Below, one piece after another: positions 21,599 through 32,028 of a stretch of DNA of 32,722 nucleotides. The notes below the pieces were generated by a model. It worked only from the letters and a program-made list of their open reading frames with translations. It did no database searches and was not told the DNA's origin. The stretch is from Octopus bimaculoides. Lineage: Eukaryota. Each line of letters opens with the position of its first letter. The stretch's first letter is position 1. The stretch is from contig NC_068986.1 in assembly GCF_001194135.2 (NCBI RefSeq), forward strand, positions 11,702,638 through 11,735,359. Reading direction: 5' to 3'. Both the position numbers and the translations under genes were made by a program.

Positions 21599-22228
21599 GA
21601 TTAAGTTCCGGTATTTTGAATGCTGTGGCTCAAGACACAAAAAAGAAAAGAAAAAAGGAAAAACCGAAAGACAGTTAAACAAGTGTGTTTTTAACATGTC
21701 TGAAGATTGGTTTCCGAACTTTGTTCATTCTCGTTTGTTCGTTAGGATTATTAGTCCGTCGTACTTTTCTCGTTTTGTTTTCTGTTTTTTTTTTCTGTTT
21801 CAATCTTTTGAAAACTAATTTCTTTATTTCGTTCGTTCTATTTCCTTTTCTCCATTATTCCGTTCGTTTTATATTCTTTTCTCCATTATTCCGCTCGTTC
21901 GTTCGTACATACATTATACGCTCTGTCTGTCTGTCTGTCTCTCACTTTCACTCTTTCACTTACACACCCATACACCCATACATACGCATATCCATATTGC
22001 TCCCACCTCTCTCTCTCTCTCTCTCTCTTTGTTTTTCTCTTTATCTTGCTCTCCCCCCTCTCTCACTCTCTCTTTGTCCAGCTTACTCTTTTTCGCCCTA
22101 CCTTTTACACTCCCCTTCCTATGACAACTACCACGTAAATAAATAAATAAATGAAAAATACAATTTGTCGTTTTACGCCCTTCATTCAATGACAGAAAAG
22201 TAGAACTTCTATCGGACGCCATAGTAGC

Positions 22229-22294
<66 letters not shown>
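22229..22294. repeat. (CA)n microsatellite
   Basis: Read directly. Confidence 0.95.
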
Positions 22295-22295
<1 letters not shown>

Positions 22296-22525
22296 TGTAA
22301 ACAATGTTTGCTATTTCACACGCCAAGGAGAACTAAAGGAATGAGTTACGACAATGTGTTCAATGGCTGGGAGGGTGTTGACTTAGTTGCAACACCTCCA
22401 ATTCACAGGTTGCTTGTCACTGGTTGCCCTCGGCAGAGCTTCACCTTGCTACGAGAATATATTACCTAATTAGGTGTGTAGGGCACGGTGGCTCTTGACA
22501 CCGTACATACCATGCGTTATATATT

Positions 22526-22643
22526 GTATGTATGTATGTATGTATGTATGTATGTATGTATGTATGTATGTATGTATGTATGTATGTAGGTATGTATATT
22601 TTATGTTTATACATATATTATGTTTATATATATCTTGTGTGTG

Positions 22644-22706
<63 letters not shown>

Positions 22707-22727
22707 GTCTGTCTGTGTGTCTGTCTA

Positions 22728-22775
<48 letters not shown>
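22526..22775. repeat. Compound (TATG)n/(TCTA)n/(TCTG)n tetranucleotide array
   Basis: Read directly. Confidence 0.95.
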
Positions 22776-23460
22776 CCTCTTTGTAAATATAATGATCCTG
22801 CATCGCTCTCGGCGCCTACTATTCCAGTTGTATGAGCAACAAATTAAATCATAAGTGGCTGAATACTCCGCAGGCGATTCTATCCCTTGACCCCTTAACA
22901 TAATCCTCGAGTAAGGACTTCCGAGAGAAAGCTCCCAAGGGAGACGACAGCTTTCGGGGCTCCGAAGGGGGTAGGGTGAGATGGTTCAGGGAATTGCGTT
23001 TTCATGTTTCAAGGGACATGTCGGGTTCAGAGGGCCAAGGAAGGGTCAATCAGTTGTGTAGGTCACCTCTATGTCTTTCCGCGGCCACTGGGCCAACGTA
23101 CCTGCTGCACCACTGCCCCAAGCAAACCGAGACACGACAAGAAGGACTAGTATGCGCGTCTCATAGGCTTCCGCATAGCTTTCTTCCCCTCAGTTTATTA
23201 AACAAGGCTTAGTGGGATCCACCGAATGTATGACAGAAGATGCCGAGCTTGAGATTGAAATCAGACCCTTGTGATAACGAGAGACATGATGTACATAAAA
23301 TGTGGCGGGGAAGCTATTTGGGAATTGAGATGGGACAGAGAGAGGTCTAGTTTGGGTTCAGTTGGTGCCCTGTTGATCTAGCTACATGTTCAAGTATATA
23401 ATAATAAAGAAATATTACATTTCTAAATCTCTCAAAGAGAATTATGCAGTAGCAGCACGA

Positions 23461-23836
23461 TAAAGTGATGGTATGTTGTCAACTTAATGTGACAGTCCCA
23501 TGAAAGGGAAGAATGCTACTGTTATATATGTTTTCAAAGGCGGATAGGCATCGACGCCTAGCAAGCCATGCTACTCCAGACTGATGATGAGCAATGACTC
23601 TGAAACTAGTCTCTGGATGCTGGCTTTGCTGGGTGGAGGTGCTTGTCTTCCCTTTGAAACCATAGGACACAGGAAATGTGTCACGGNNNNNNNNNNCTTG
23701 TCTTCCCTTTGAAACCATAGGACACAGGAAATGTGTCACGGTCAACTGGAAACGGTGTTTCCTAGGGCTAAATAGCAGTAGCATTCTTCCCTTTCATGCG
23801 ACTGTCACATTAAGTTGACAACATACCATCACTTTA
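23461..23836. mobile_element. 376-bp element with 64-bp terminal inverted repeats (MITE-like, or Penelope-derived inverted-terminus element)
   Basis: 23461-23524 versus the reverse complement of 23773-23836: 62/64 identical; both ends are TA. Confidence 0.88.
23575..23617 (+). ncRNA. Minimal type I hammerhead ribozyme motif
   Basis: TCCAGA-CTGATGA-T-GAG(CAATGA)CTC-T-GAAA-CTAG-TC-TCTGGA: 6-bp stem I, intact CUGAUGA and GAAA cores, palindromic ACTAGT stem III, GUC cleavage triplet. Confidence 0.7.
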
Positions 23837-23854
23837 TATAATAATAATTCCTGG

Positions 23855-24068
23855 AAGGCAGGGATCTGTAGAATTGTGAGCATGCCGGACAAAATGTTCA
23901 GCGGTATTTCATCCGTCTTTACATTCCGAGTTCCAATTCCGTTGAGGTTGACTTTGCCTTTCATCTTCTCGATGCCGATAAAATAAGTACCAGTTACGAA
24001 CTGGGGTCAATGTAATCGACTTGCTTCACTTTCTAAATGGCTGGCCATCTATCAGAATTTGAAACCAA
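23855..24068 (+). mobile_element. SINE family A, diverged full-length copy
   Basis: GCCGGACAAAATGTTCAGCGGTATTTC...GAGTTCCAATTCC...AAAATAAGTACCAGTTACGAACTGGGGTC...GAATTTGAAACCAAT. Confidence 0.8.
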
Positions 24069-24117
24069 TGACAACTCTCTCTGTTATAGCAACAACGATT
24101 GATATTTTATGGCAAGG

Positions 24118-24180
24118 GACTCGTCAATTACATTGACCCCAGTACGCAACTGTTACTTATTTTATTGGCTCCGAAAGGAA
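24118..24180 (-). mobile_element. SINE family A central fragment
   Basis: Reverse complement reads TCCTTTCGGAGCCAATAAAATAAGTAACAGTTGCGTACTGGGGTCAATGTAATTGAC. Confidence 0.7.
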
Positions 24181-24210
24181 CACACATACACATATATACA
24201 TATACATATA

Positions 24211-24372
24211 TACGACGGGCTTCTTTCAGTTTCCGTCTACCAAATCCATTCACAAGGCTTTGGTCGACCCGAGGCTATAGTAGAAGACACTTGCCCAAGG
24301 TGCCACGCAGTGGGACTGAACCCGGAACCATGTGGCTGGTAAGCAAGCTACTTACCACACAGCCACTCCTGC
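24211..24372 (-). mobile_element. SINE family B 5' half
   Basis: Reverse complement matches 13472-13635 closely. Confidence 0.92.
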
Positions 24373-24522
24373 ATGCACACACGATATAAATGTACCCACA
24401 CACACACACATGCGTATGTCTATATTGGTACACGAATGTATGTGTGCATGTGTATATGTATATACATGTATACATGTGTGTATATATACGTATATATATA
24501 TATGTATGTGTGTATGTGCGTG

Positions 24523-24575
<53 letters not shown>

Positions 24576-25251
24576 NNNNNNNNNNNNNNNNNNNNNNNNN
24601 NNNNNNNNNNNNNNNNNNNNNNNNNNNNNNNNNNNNNNNNNNNNNNNNNNNNNNNNNNNNNNNNNNNNNNNNNNNNNNNNNNNNNNNNNNNNNNNNNNNN
24701 NNNNNNNNNNNNNNNNNNNNNNNNNNNNNNNNNNNNNNNNNNNNNNNNNNNNNNNNNNNNNNNNNNNNNNNNNNNNNNNNNNNNNNNNNNNNNNNNNNNN
24801 NNNNNNNNNNNNNNNNNNNNNNNNNNNNNNNNNNNNNNNNNNNNNNNNNNNNNNNNNNNNNNNNNNNNNNNNNNNNNNNNNNNNNNNNNNNNNNNNNNNN
24901 NNNNNNNNNNNNNNNNNNNNNNNNNNNNNNNNNNNNNNNNNNNNNNNNNNNNNNNNNNNNNNNNNNNNNNNNNNNNNNNNNNNNNNNNNNNNNNNNNNNN
25001 NNNNNNNNNNNNNNNNNNNNNNNNNNNNNNNNNNNNNNNNNNNNNNNNNNNNNNNNNNNNNNNNNNNNNNNNNNNNNNNNNNNNNNNNNNNNNNNNNNNN
25101 NNNNNNNNNNNNNNNNNNNNNNNNNNNNNNNNNNNNNNNNNNNNNNNNNNNNNNNNNNNNNNNNNNNNNNNNNNNNNNNNNNNNNNNNNNNNNNNNNNNN
25201 NNNNNNNNNNNNNNNNNNNNNNNNNNNNNNNNNNNNNNNNNNNNNNNTATA

Positions 25252-25283
<32 letters not shown>

Positions 25284-25551
25284 CACACACACACACGTAG
25301 AGGGAGAGGGAGAGGGAGACTGGAAAAATGTATGCATTTTGTAAGCATATCTATTTATAACACCAATTGTAGCAGTGTGCGTGCATCTATACACGCACAC
25401 ACACATACACATACACAAGCACACATATTCACTCTCTCTCATAAACATACGTTTACATACACACGCACATACACACACACATACACTCACACATCATAGA
25501 TAAGAATTTACATAGGTATGTATGTTTTGGTTTTATTTTTAAAATTTCTCA

Positions 25552-25637
25552 CCAACAAAGAGCCGGTTCCTAACCTAGAAACAAGCTTTCATAGGAATTT
25601 AGATGTATGTATGTATGTATGTATGTATGTATGTATG
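25552..25637 (+). repeat. Older degenerate copy of the (TATG)n-bearing interspersed repeat
   Basis: CCAACAAAGAGCCGGTTCCTAACCTAGA...CATAGGAATTT followed by (TATG)n parallels the start of 25669-25881. Confidence 0.6.
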
Positions 25638-25668
25638 CCATTGTTTAATTTTATTTCAAGATTTCATA

Positions 25669-25881
25669 CCAATAGAGAAAGAACCGGTTTCTAACCTAGA
25701 TCCAAGGCTCCTTCATTGGAATTTCAATATCAGCAACAGGGTACTTTTGTGCGTGTATGTATGTATGTATGTATATATGTATGTATGCATGCATGTATGT
25801 ATGTATGTATGTATGTATGTATGTATGTATGTATATGTGCAGATTTATATGTTTTGTTTTATGTATGTTTCTCTTGCATAT
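25669..25881 (+). repeat. Interspersed repeat with internal (TATG)n (possible HINE-like element), cut by a gap
   Basis: CCAATAGAGAAAGAACCGGTTTCTAACCTAG...AACAGGGTA, (TATG)n, then GTGCAGATTT; matches the reverse complement of 31727-32028. Confidence 0.8.
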
Positions 25882-26570
25882 NNNNNNNNNNNNNNNNNNN
25901 NNNNNNNNNNNNNNNNNNNNNNNNNNNNNNNNNNNNNNNNNNNNNNNNNNNNNNNNNNNNNNNNNNNNNNNNNNNNNNNNNNNNNNNNNNNNNNNNNNNN
26001 NNNNNNNNNNNNNNNNNNNNNNNNNNNNNNNNNNNNNNNNNNNNNNNNNNNNNNNNNNNNNNNNNNNNNNNNNNNNNNNNNNNNNNNNNNNNNNNNNNNN
26101 NNNNNNNNNNNNNNNNNNNNNNNNNNNNNNNNNNNNNNNNNNNNNNNNNNNNNNNNNNNNNNNNNNNNNNNNNNNNNNNNNNNNNNNNNNNNNNNNNNNN
26201 NNNNNNNNNNNNNNNNNNNNNNNNNNNNNNNNNNNNNNNNNNNNNNNNNNNNNNNNNNNNNNNNNNNNNNNNNNNNNNNNNNNNNNNNNNNNNNNNNNNN
26301 NNNNNNNNNNNNNNNNNNNNNNNNNNNNNNNNNNNNNNNNNNNNNNNNNNNNNNNNNNNNNNNNNNNNNNNNNNNNNNNNNNNNNNNNNNNNNNNNNNNN
26401 NNNNNNNNNNNNNNNNNNNNNNNNNNNNNNNNNNNNNNNNNNNNNNNNNNNNNNNNNNNNNNNNNNNNNNNNNNNNNNNNNNNNNNNNNNNNNNNNNNNN
26501 NNNNNNNNNNNNNNNNNNNNNNNNNNNNNNNNNNNNNNNNNNNNNNNNNNNNNNNNNNNNNNNNNNNNNN

Positions 26571-26760
26571 GCTTCACTTCTGAATTTTGCAAACCATCTT
26601 CTGCAAGTTCTTTCATTCAAGCATTCTTTCCCATAAACTGAGTGTATGTTTCGAGTCGCTTCGGCTGCAGAGTTTCCTTTTTTGTACTCATAAAGTATTA
26701 TGTGCCTGAAATGCTCTTTGGATACTTCCATGTTAGAAAGGGTTTTAATCAAAGAAATTT
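26571..26760 (-). mobile_element. mariner transposase N-terminal HTH fragment
   Basis: MEVSKEHFRHIILYEYKKGNSAAEATRNIHSVYGKECLNERTCRRWFAKFRSE is a typical mariner N-terminus; it runs into the gap. Confidence 0.9.
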
Positions 26761-27181
26761 TAATTCTATTATTCTGTAAAATAATATTTAATTAGTTTAA
26801 ATGTACACAAATGCATAAAAATAATTTTTAATTCCATTAGACATTTTAAAATACAATTAATTTTCCCTTTATCAGCACAGAACAGCTGATTGGCTAGTGG
26901 CGTTGCTGAATTCCCGTTCGAAAATATATAATTTTCAATAATGTTTCTATGTATCAATGGTTTTATGTATATGTCTGTTTGTATGTATGTTTCTAGGTGC
27001 GAGTTTATATTTGGTACAATTGACGTTAAGTCAAGTAAAAGCACTTTTATTCTTCAGCTTTCAATTTCTTTAAAAACACCCAACAAATATGAAAGGACAC
27101 TGGCATTAACATAATTTGGCTGATTAAACTTATCATTTGAAGAAATGTTTTTACTGATATGTCTGTAAAAAGTGGCATAAT

Positions 27182-27192
27182 GAGAGAGAGAA

Positions 27193-27239
<47 letters not shown>

Positions 27240-27270
27240 AAGAAAGAGAGACAAAGAGAGAGAGAATAGA
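27182..27270. repeat. (AG)n-rich microsatellite
   Basis: Read directly. Confidence 0.9.
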
Positions 27271-27410
27271 CAAAGAGGGAACGATGTCTCGCAGTGATAA
27301 CGCTATCATGCAGTGAAATAAAATTAATTTTCTATAGTTGACATCTTCATTGATAAAAGAAAGTTAAAAACCACATTTTGACAAAAATGTATATATATAT
27401 ATATATATAT

Positions 27411-27618
27411 ACTCTTTTACTTGTTTCAGTCTTTTGACTGTGGCCATGCTGGAGCACTGCCTTTAGTCGAGCAAATCGACCCCAGGACTTATTCTTTGGA
27501 AGCCTAGTACTTATTCTATCGGTCTCTTTTGCCGAACCGCTAAGTTACGGGGACATAAACACACCAGCATCGGTTGTGAAGCGATGTTGGGGGGACAAAC
27601 ACAGATACACAAACACAT

Positions 27619-27649
<31 letters not shown>

Positions 27650-27790
27650 CATATATACGACGGGCTTCTTTGAGTTTCCGTCTACCAAATCCACTCACAA
27701 GGCTTTGGTCGGCCCGAGGCTATAGTAGAAGACACTTGCCCAAGATGCCACGCAGTGGGACTGAACCCGGAACCATGTGGTTGGTAAGCA
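27411..27790 (-). mobile_element. Near full-length SINE family B
   Basis: Reverse complement is collinear with 13472-13851 except for about 25 nt missing at the 5' end. Confidence 0.92.
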
Positions 27791-28218
27791 AATATATATA
27801 TAAAATTTAGAATTTAAAAATTTTTTCTATACAGTATAGACTTTAATGATTACTTCTGTTAGTGAAAGTTACATACTCCAAGCTAATTAACAAGCAGATA
27901 TCTTTATCATAGTATAGATGTATATATCTATGTTCATATGTATATATCTATGTTCGTATGTATATACGTATGTATATATGTAAGCATGTTTCTGTGTATG
28001 AATATATTTGTATTTACGGTATTTGATGGCATACAAGAGCTCCATTTTTGCTTTAAAAAATATCTCAAAAAAAGAAAAAAAACCCAAACCACCGAAGTTC
28101 CTGTGGTCTATATTATGTGCTTCAATGCGCTAAATATATATACTTTTTTACCTGAATAGCCGTTGCTGAAATTAGGTGCGCCCTTTATGCACGCGTCGGT
28201 TTTATAACACGAGACAAG

Positions 28219-28254
<36 letters not shown>

Positions 28255-28486
28255 GACGGCGGGCTAGCAGAAACGTTAGCACGCCGGGCGAAATGCTTAG
28301 CGGTATTTCGTCTGCCGCTACGTTCTGAGTTCAAATTCTGCCGAGGTTGACTTTCCCTTTCATCCTTTCGGGGGTCGATTAAATACGTACCAGTTACGCA
28401 CTGGAGTCGATATAATCGACTTAATCCGTTTGTCTGTCCTTGTTTGTCCCCTCTGTGTGTAGCCCCTTGTGGGTAGTAGAGAAATA
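28255..28486 (+). mobile_element. Full-length SINE family A
   Basis: GACGGCGGGCTAGCAGAAACGTTAGCACGCCGGGCGAAATG (A-box), GAGTTCAAATTC (B-box), twin hairpins, tail ending GAGAAATAA. Confidence 0.93.
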
Positions 28487-28550
28487 ACACATACACACCC
28501 ACATAACCATACCCCCATACCCACGCACGCGCACACACAAATACGCACAC

Positions 28551-28584
<34 letters not shown>

Positions 28585-29502
28585 ACGCATATATATATGT
28601 ATAAACTAAACACACACACACGTCTCTGTTTGAGTGTGTGTATGTGTGTGTGTGTGTTTGTATGTATTTGTGTATCTGTGTGTATGACAACGTTATGTAT
28701 GAATGTGTCATATATATAGATATATACCCTCTCGTTGGCGAAGTCTTCCTATGACACGAAGGTCATGTCCTGAATTCTCTATTCTATAATATTTATAAAG
28801 ACCGATCACCATTCATGCGAATGACATAATTACGAGCCCACCTTTAGTATACCCTTCTCCTACCTTTTACCACCTTTGCCGAGACACTGCATTTTGTCAT
28901 TAACTTACAGGTAACAAATGCTTCTTTCAACAATAAAAATAAATAAACTCACCCAATAAACTCACCCACACACATATCTTCTCAGCCAAGTATTTCTATA
29001 TCTACTCATAGGAATCCACCTATCTACCTACATATCTAATGTATACACCCACCTACGTACATGCAGACACACACACACACACGCGCGCTCTCTCCTAATA
29101 TTATATCAGTGATATTGTTTTATTAGATTTGTGATAATGTGTTTTGTTTGTCATTTGAGATAACTGTGAGAATTCGTCTCATTAAGATTATTTTGAATGT
29201 GCGGTATTCATACACACACGCACACACACACATGCACAGACACAGACACACACACACACACACACACACACACANNNNNNNNNNNNNNNNNNNNNNNNNN
29301 NNNNNNNNNNNNNNNNNNNNNNNNNNNNNNNNNNNNNNNNNNNNNNNNNNNNNNNNNNNNNNNNNNNNNNNNNNNNNNNNNNNNNNNNNNNNNNNNNNNN
29401 NNNNNNNNNNNNNNNNNNNNNNNNNNNNNNNNNNNNNNNNNNNNNNNNNNNNNNNNNNNNNNNNNNNNNNNNNNNNNNNNNNNNNNNNNNNNNNNNNNNN
29501 NN

Positions 29503-29533
<31 letters not shown>

Positions 29534-29689
29534 AATAAGGGTTGAAAATGTACTATACAGTAATCCCTCGACCATCGCGTGTGTTACGTTCCAACCCTCC
29601 CCCGCGATAGGTGAAAATCCGCGAAGTAGAAACACTACTGTATATTTTTTTCCAAAATAATTTTTATAATTTATTCTCTTACTTTTTAA

Positions 29690-30066
29690 TTCTTTTACTT
29701 GTTTCAGTCATTTGACTGCGGCCATGCTGAAGCACTAGCTTTAGTCGAACAAATCGACCCCAGCACTTATTCTTTGTAAGCCTCGTACTTATTCTATCCG
29801 TTTCTTTTGCCGAACCGCTAGATGACGGGGACGTAAGCACACCAACATCGGTTATCAAGCGATGGTGGCGGGACAAACACATACAGAAATAACAAACACT
29901 GAGCGTCGAGTAAAATATATATATATACGACGGGCTTTCAGTTTCCGTCTACTAAATCCACTCACAAGGCTTTGGTCGACCCGAGGCTATAGTAGATGAC
30001 ACTTCCCCAAGGTGTCATGCAGAGGGACTGAACTCGGAACCATATTGTTGGGAAGCAACTCCTGCA
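29690..30066 (-). mobile_element. SINE family B, head partly decayed
   Basis: Reverse complement is collinear with 13472-13851. Confidence 0.9.
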
Positions 30067-30202
30067 TATCTTTATTTTATCATAAATGCAAAATAACACC
30101 ACGGATGAATCGACTTAAGCTTAAATAATTAACCACGATAGGTGAATCGCGAAATGGCGAGGGATTATTGTGTATGTATATACATATACGTATACATATA
30201 CA

Positions 30203-30235
<33 letters not shown>

Positions 30236-31069
30236 NNNNNNNNNNNNNNNNNNNNNNNNNNNNNNNNNNNNNNNNNNNNNNNNNNNNNNNNNNNNNNNNN
30301 NNNNNNNNNNNNNNNNNNNNNNNNNNNNNNNNNNNNNNNNNNNNNNNNNNNNNNNNNNNNNNNNNNNNNNNNNNNNNNNNNNNNNNNNNNNNNNNNNNNN
30401 NNNNNNNNNNNNNNNNNNNNNNNNNNNNNNNNNNNNNNNNNNNNNNNNNNNNNNNNNNNNNNNNNNNNNNNNNNNNNNNNNNNNNNNNNNNNNNNNNNNN
30501 NNNNNNNNNNNNNNNNNNNNNNNNNNNNNNNNNNNNNNNNNNNNNNNNNNNNNNNNNNNNNNNNNNNNNNNNNNNNNNNNNNNNNNNNNNNNNNNNNNNN
30601 NNNNNNNNNNNNNNNNNNNNNNNNNNNNNNNNNNNNNNNNNNNNNNNNNNNNNNNNNNNNNNNNNNNNNNNNNNNNNNNNNNNNNNNNNNNNNNNNNNNN
30701 NNNNNNNNNNNNNNNNNNNNNNNNNNNNNNNNNNNNNNNNNNNNNNNNNNNNNNNNNNNNNNNNNNNNNNNNNNNNNNNNNNNNNNNNNNNNNNNNNNNN
30801 NNNNNNNNNNNNNNNNNNNNNNNNNNNNNNNNNNNNNNNNNNNNNNNNNNNNNNNNNNNNNNNNNNNNNNNNNNNNNNNNNNNNNNNNNNNNNNNNNNNN
30901 NNNNNNNNNNNNNNNNNNNNNNNNNNNNNNNNTTTATGTATTGGCTTTTCATTTTTCTATCGGTTTTGAGGAATCTAATACTAAAATATTCGGATACACA
31001 AACCATATTTTAGTTTCGTCCTCGTGTACCTTATGTCCATTGGGATGACCCGCTCCCTAGAATATATGC

Positions 31070-31150
31070 TAATCCAGTATTGTAGTTGGGTCGATATAAC
31101 ATGACTGTTCCTTCCCCAATAATTGCATGGCCTTGTGGTTTTGTTGAAAA
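31070..31150 (+). mobile_element. Decayed SINE family A tail fragment
   Basis: CCAGT...TGGGTCGATATAAC...CCCCAATAATTGCATGGCCTTGTG. Confidence 0.5.
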
Positions 31151-31194
31151 CTACACTCAACTATGTTTTTTCTTGTTTTATGCGCGTTACTGCT

Positions 31195-31278
31195 ACTGTC
31201 TTCTGCTGTGGCTTTGTTCCGACCAAAGTCATGCGAGTAGATTTGGTAGACGGAAACTGTGGGGAAGCCCACCGTATA
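31195..31278 (+). mobile_element. Decayed SINE family B central fragment
   Basis: CCGACCAAAGTCATGCGAGTAGATTTGGTAGACGGAAACTG...GAAGCCC. Confidence 0.7.
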
Positions 31279-31349
31279 CATACATACATACATACATACA
31301 TACATACATACATGCATACATGCATACATGCATACATACATACATACAT

Positions 31350-31575
31350 GATGGCCGTTCACTCGTGAACGAGGAAGACCATTGCTGACCTTCAGGAACA
31401 TTGTGCGTTCTATGACTAACATATATTTTGTATTTGCGGCTCCGTTGCTGGCAAATGAGCCCTGCTCTTGAGAAGCATACACGACTGCAAACATTGCAAA
31501 CCAAGCTTTCCCCATTCACTACACCACCAGTGCGCTTTCGAGCAGCACACTTAAGCTCTTCATGCAGAATACGTG
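31350..31575 (-). mobile_element. RTE-clade LINE 3' end
   Basis: RKRTGG...LVCNVCSRVCFSRAGLICQQR resembles the RTE C-terminal C-x2-C...SRxGLxSH zinc motif; a short 3' UTR ends in an (ATGT)n tail. Confidence 0.7.
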
Positions 31576-31597
31576 CATACATACATACATACATACA

Positions 31598-31630
<33 letters not shown>

Positions 31631-31662
31631 GCATACATACATACATACATACATACATACAT

Positions 31663-31726
31663 CCCGAAAGGATTAAAGGCGAAGTTGACCTCAGTGGAAT
31701 TTGAACTAAGAACGTAGCGGCAGAAA
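31663..31726 (-). mobile_element. SINE family A central fragment
   Basis: Reverse complement reads TTCTGCCGCTACGTTCTTAGTTCAAATTCCACTGAGGTCAACTTCGCCTTTAATCCTTTCGGGA. Confidence 0.85.
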
Positions 31727-32028
31727 TCCAATCCATCACTGGAACTGTAAAAATCTGTAAAACTTCCCAGAAGTTTATCATTTAAACATATATGAGCATG
31801 TCCAGATATGCAACTATATGCATGAGAATACATACATAAAACATACAAATCTGCACATACATACATACATACGTACATACATACATACATACATACATAC
31901 ATACATACGTACGTACGTACGTACATACTTACATAGATACATACAAACAAAAATACCCTGTTCTTGATGTTGAAATTCCAATGAAGGAACCTTGGATGTA
32001 GGTTAGAAACCGGTTCTTTCTCTATTGG
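31727..32028 (-). repeat. (TATG)n-bearing interspersed repeat, apparently complete
   Basis: Homologous to 25669-25881; ends TCCAGTGATGGATTGG (short hairpin). Confidence 0.8.

Noticed and set aside
22341-22469. Short ORF MSYDNVF...LLVTGCPRQSFTLLREYIT resembling a sulfotransferase PAPS-binding loop (G.PRSGTT)
   Set aside because: The key SGT residues are absent, a stop follows immediately, there are no good splice sites and it is sandwiched between microsatellites; likely chance.
23642-23741. 45-bp direct duplication (23642-23686 and 23697-23741)
   Set aside because: Exact copies flank a 10-N placeholder gap, the usual sign of unmerged overlapping contigs; the true element may be 321 bp. Only long reads could show a real tandem.
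28255-28350. tRNA genes at SINE heads (also 13472, 6998, 21199)
   Set aside because: A- and B-boxes are present, but the spacing and cloverleaf are not tRNA-like and each continues into a SINE body.
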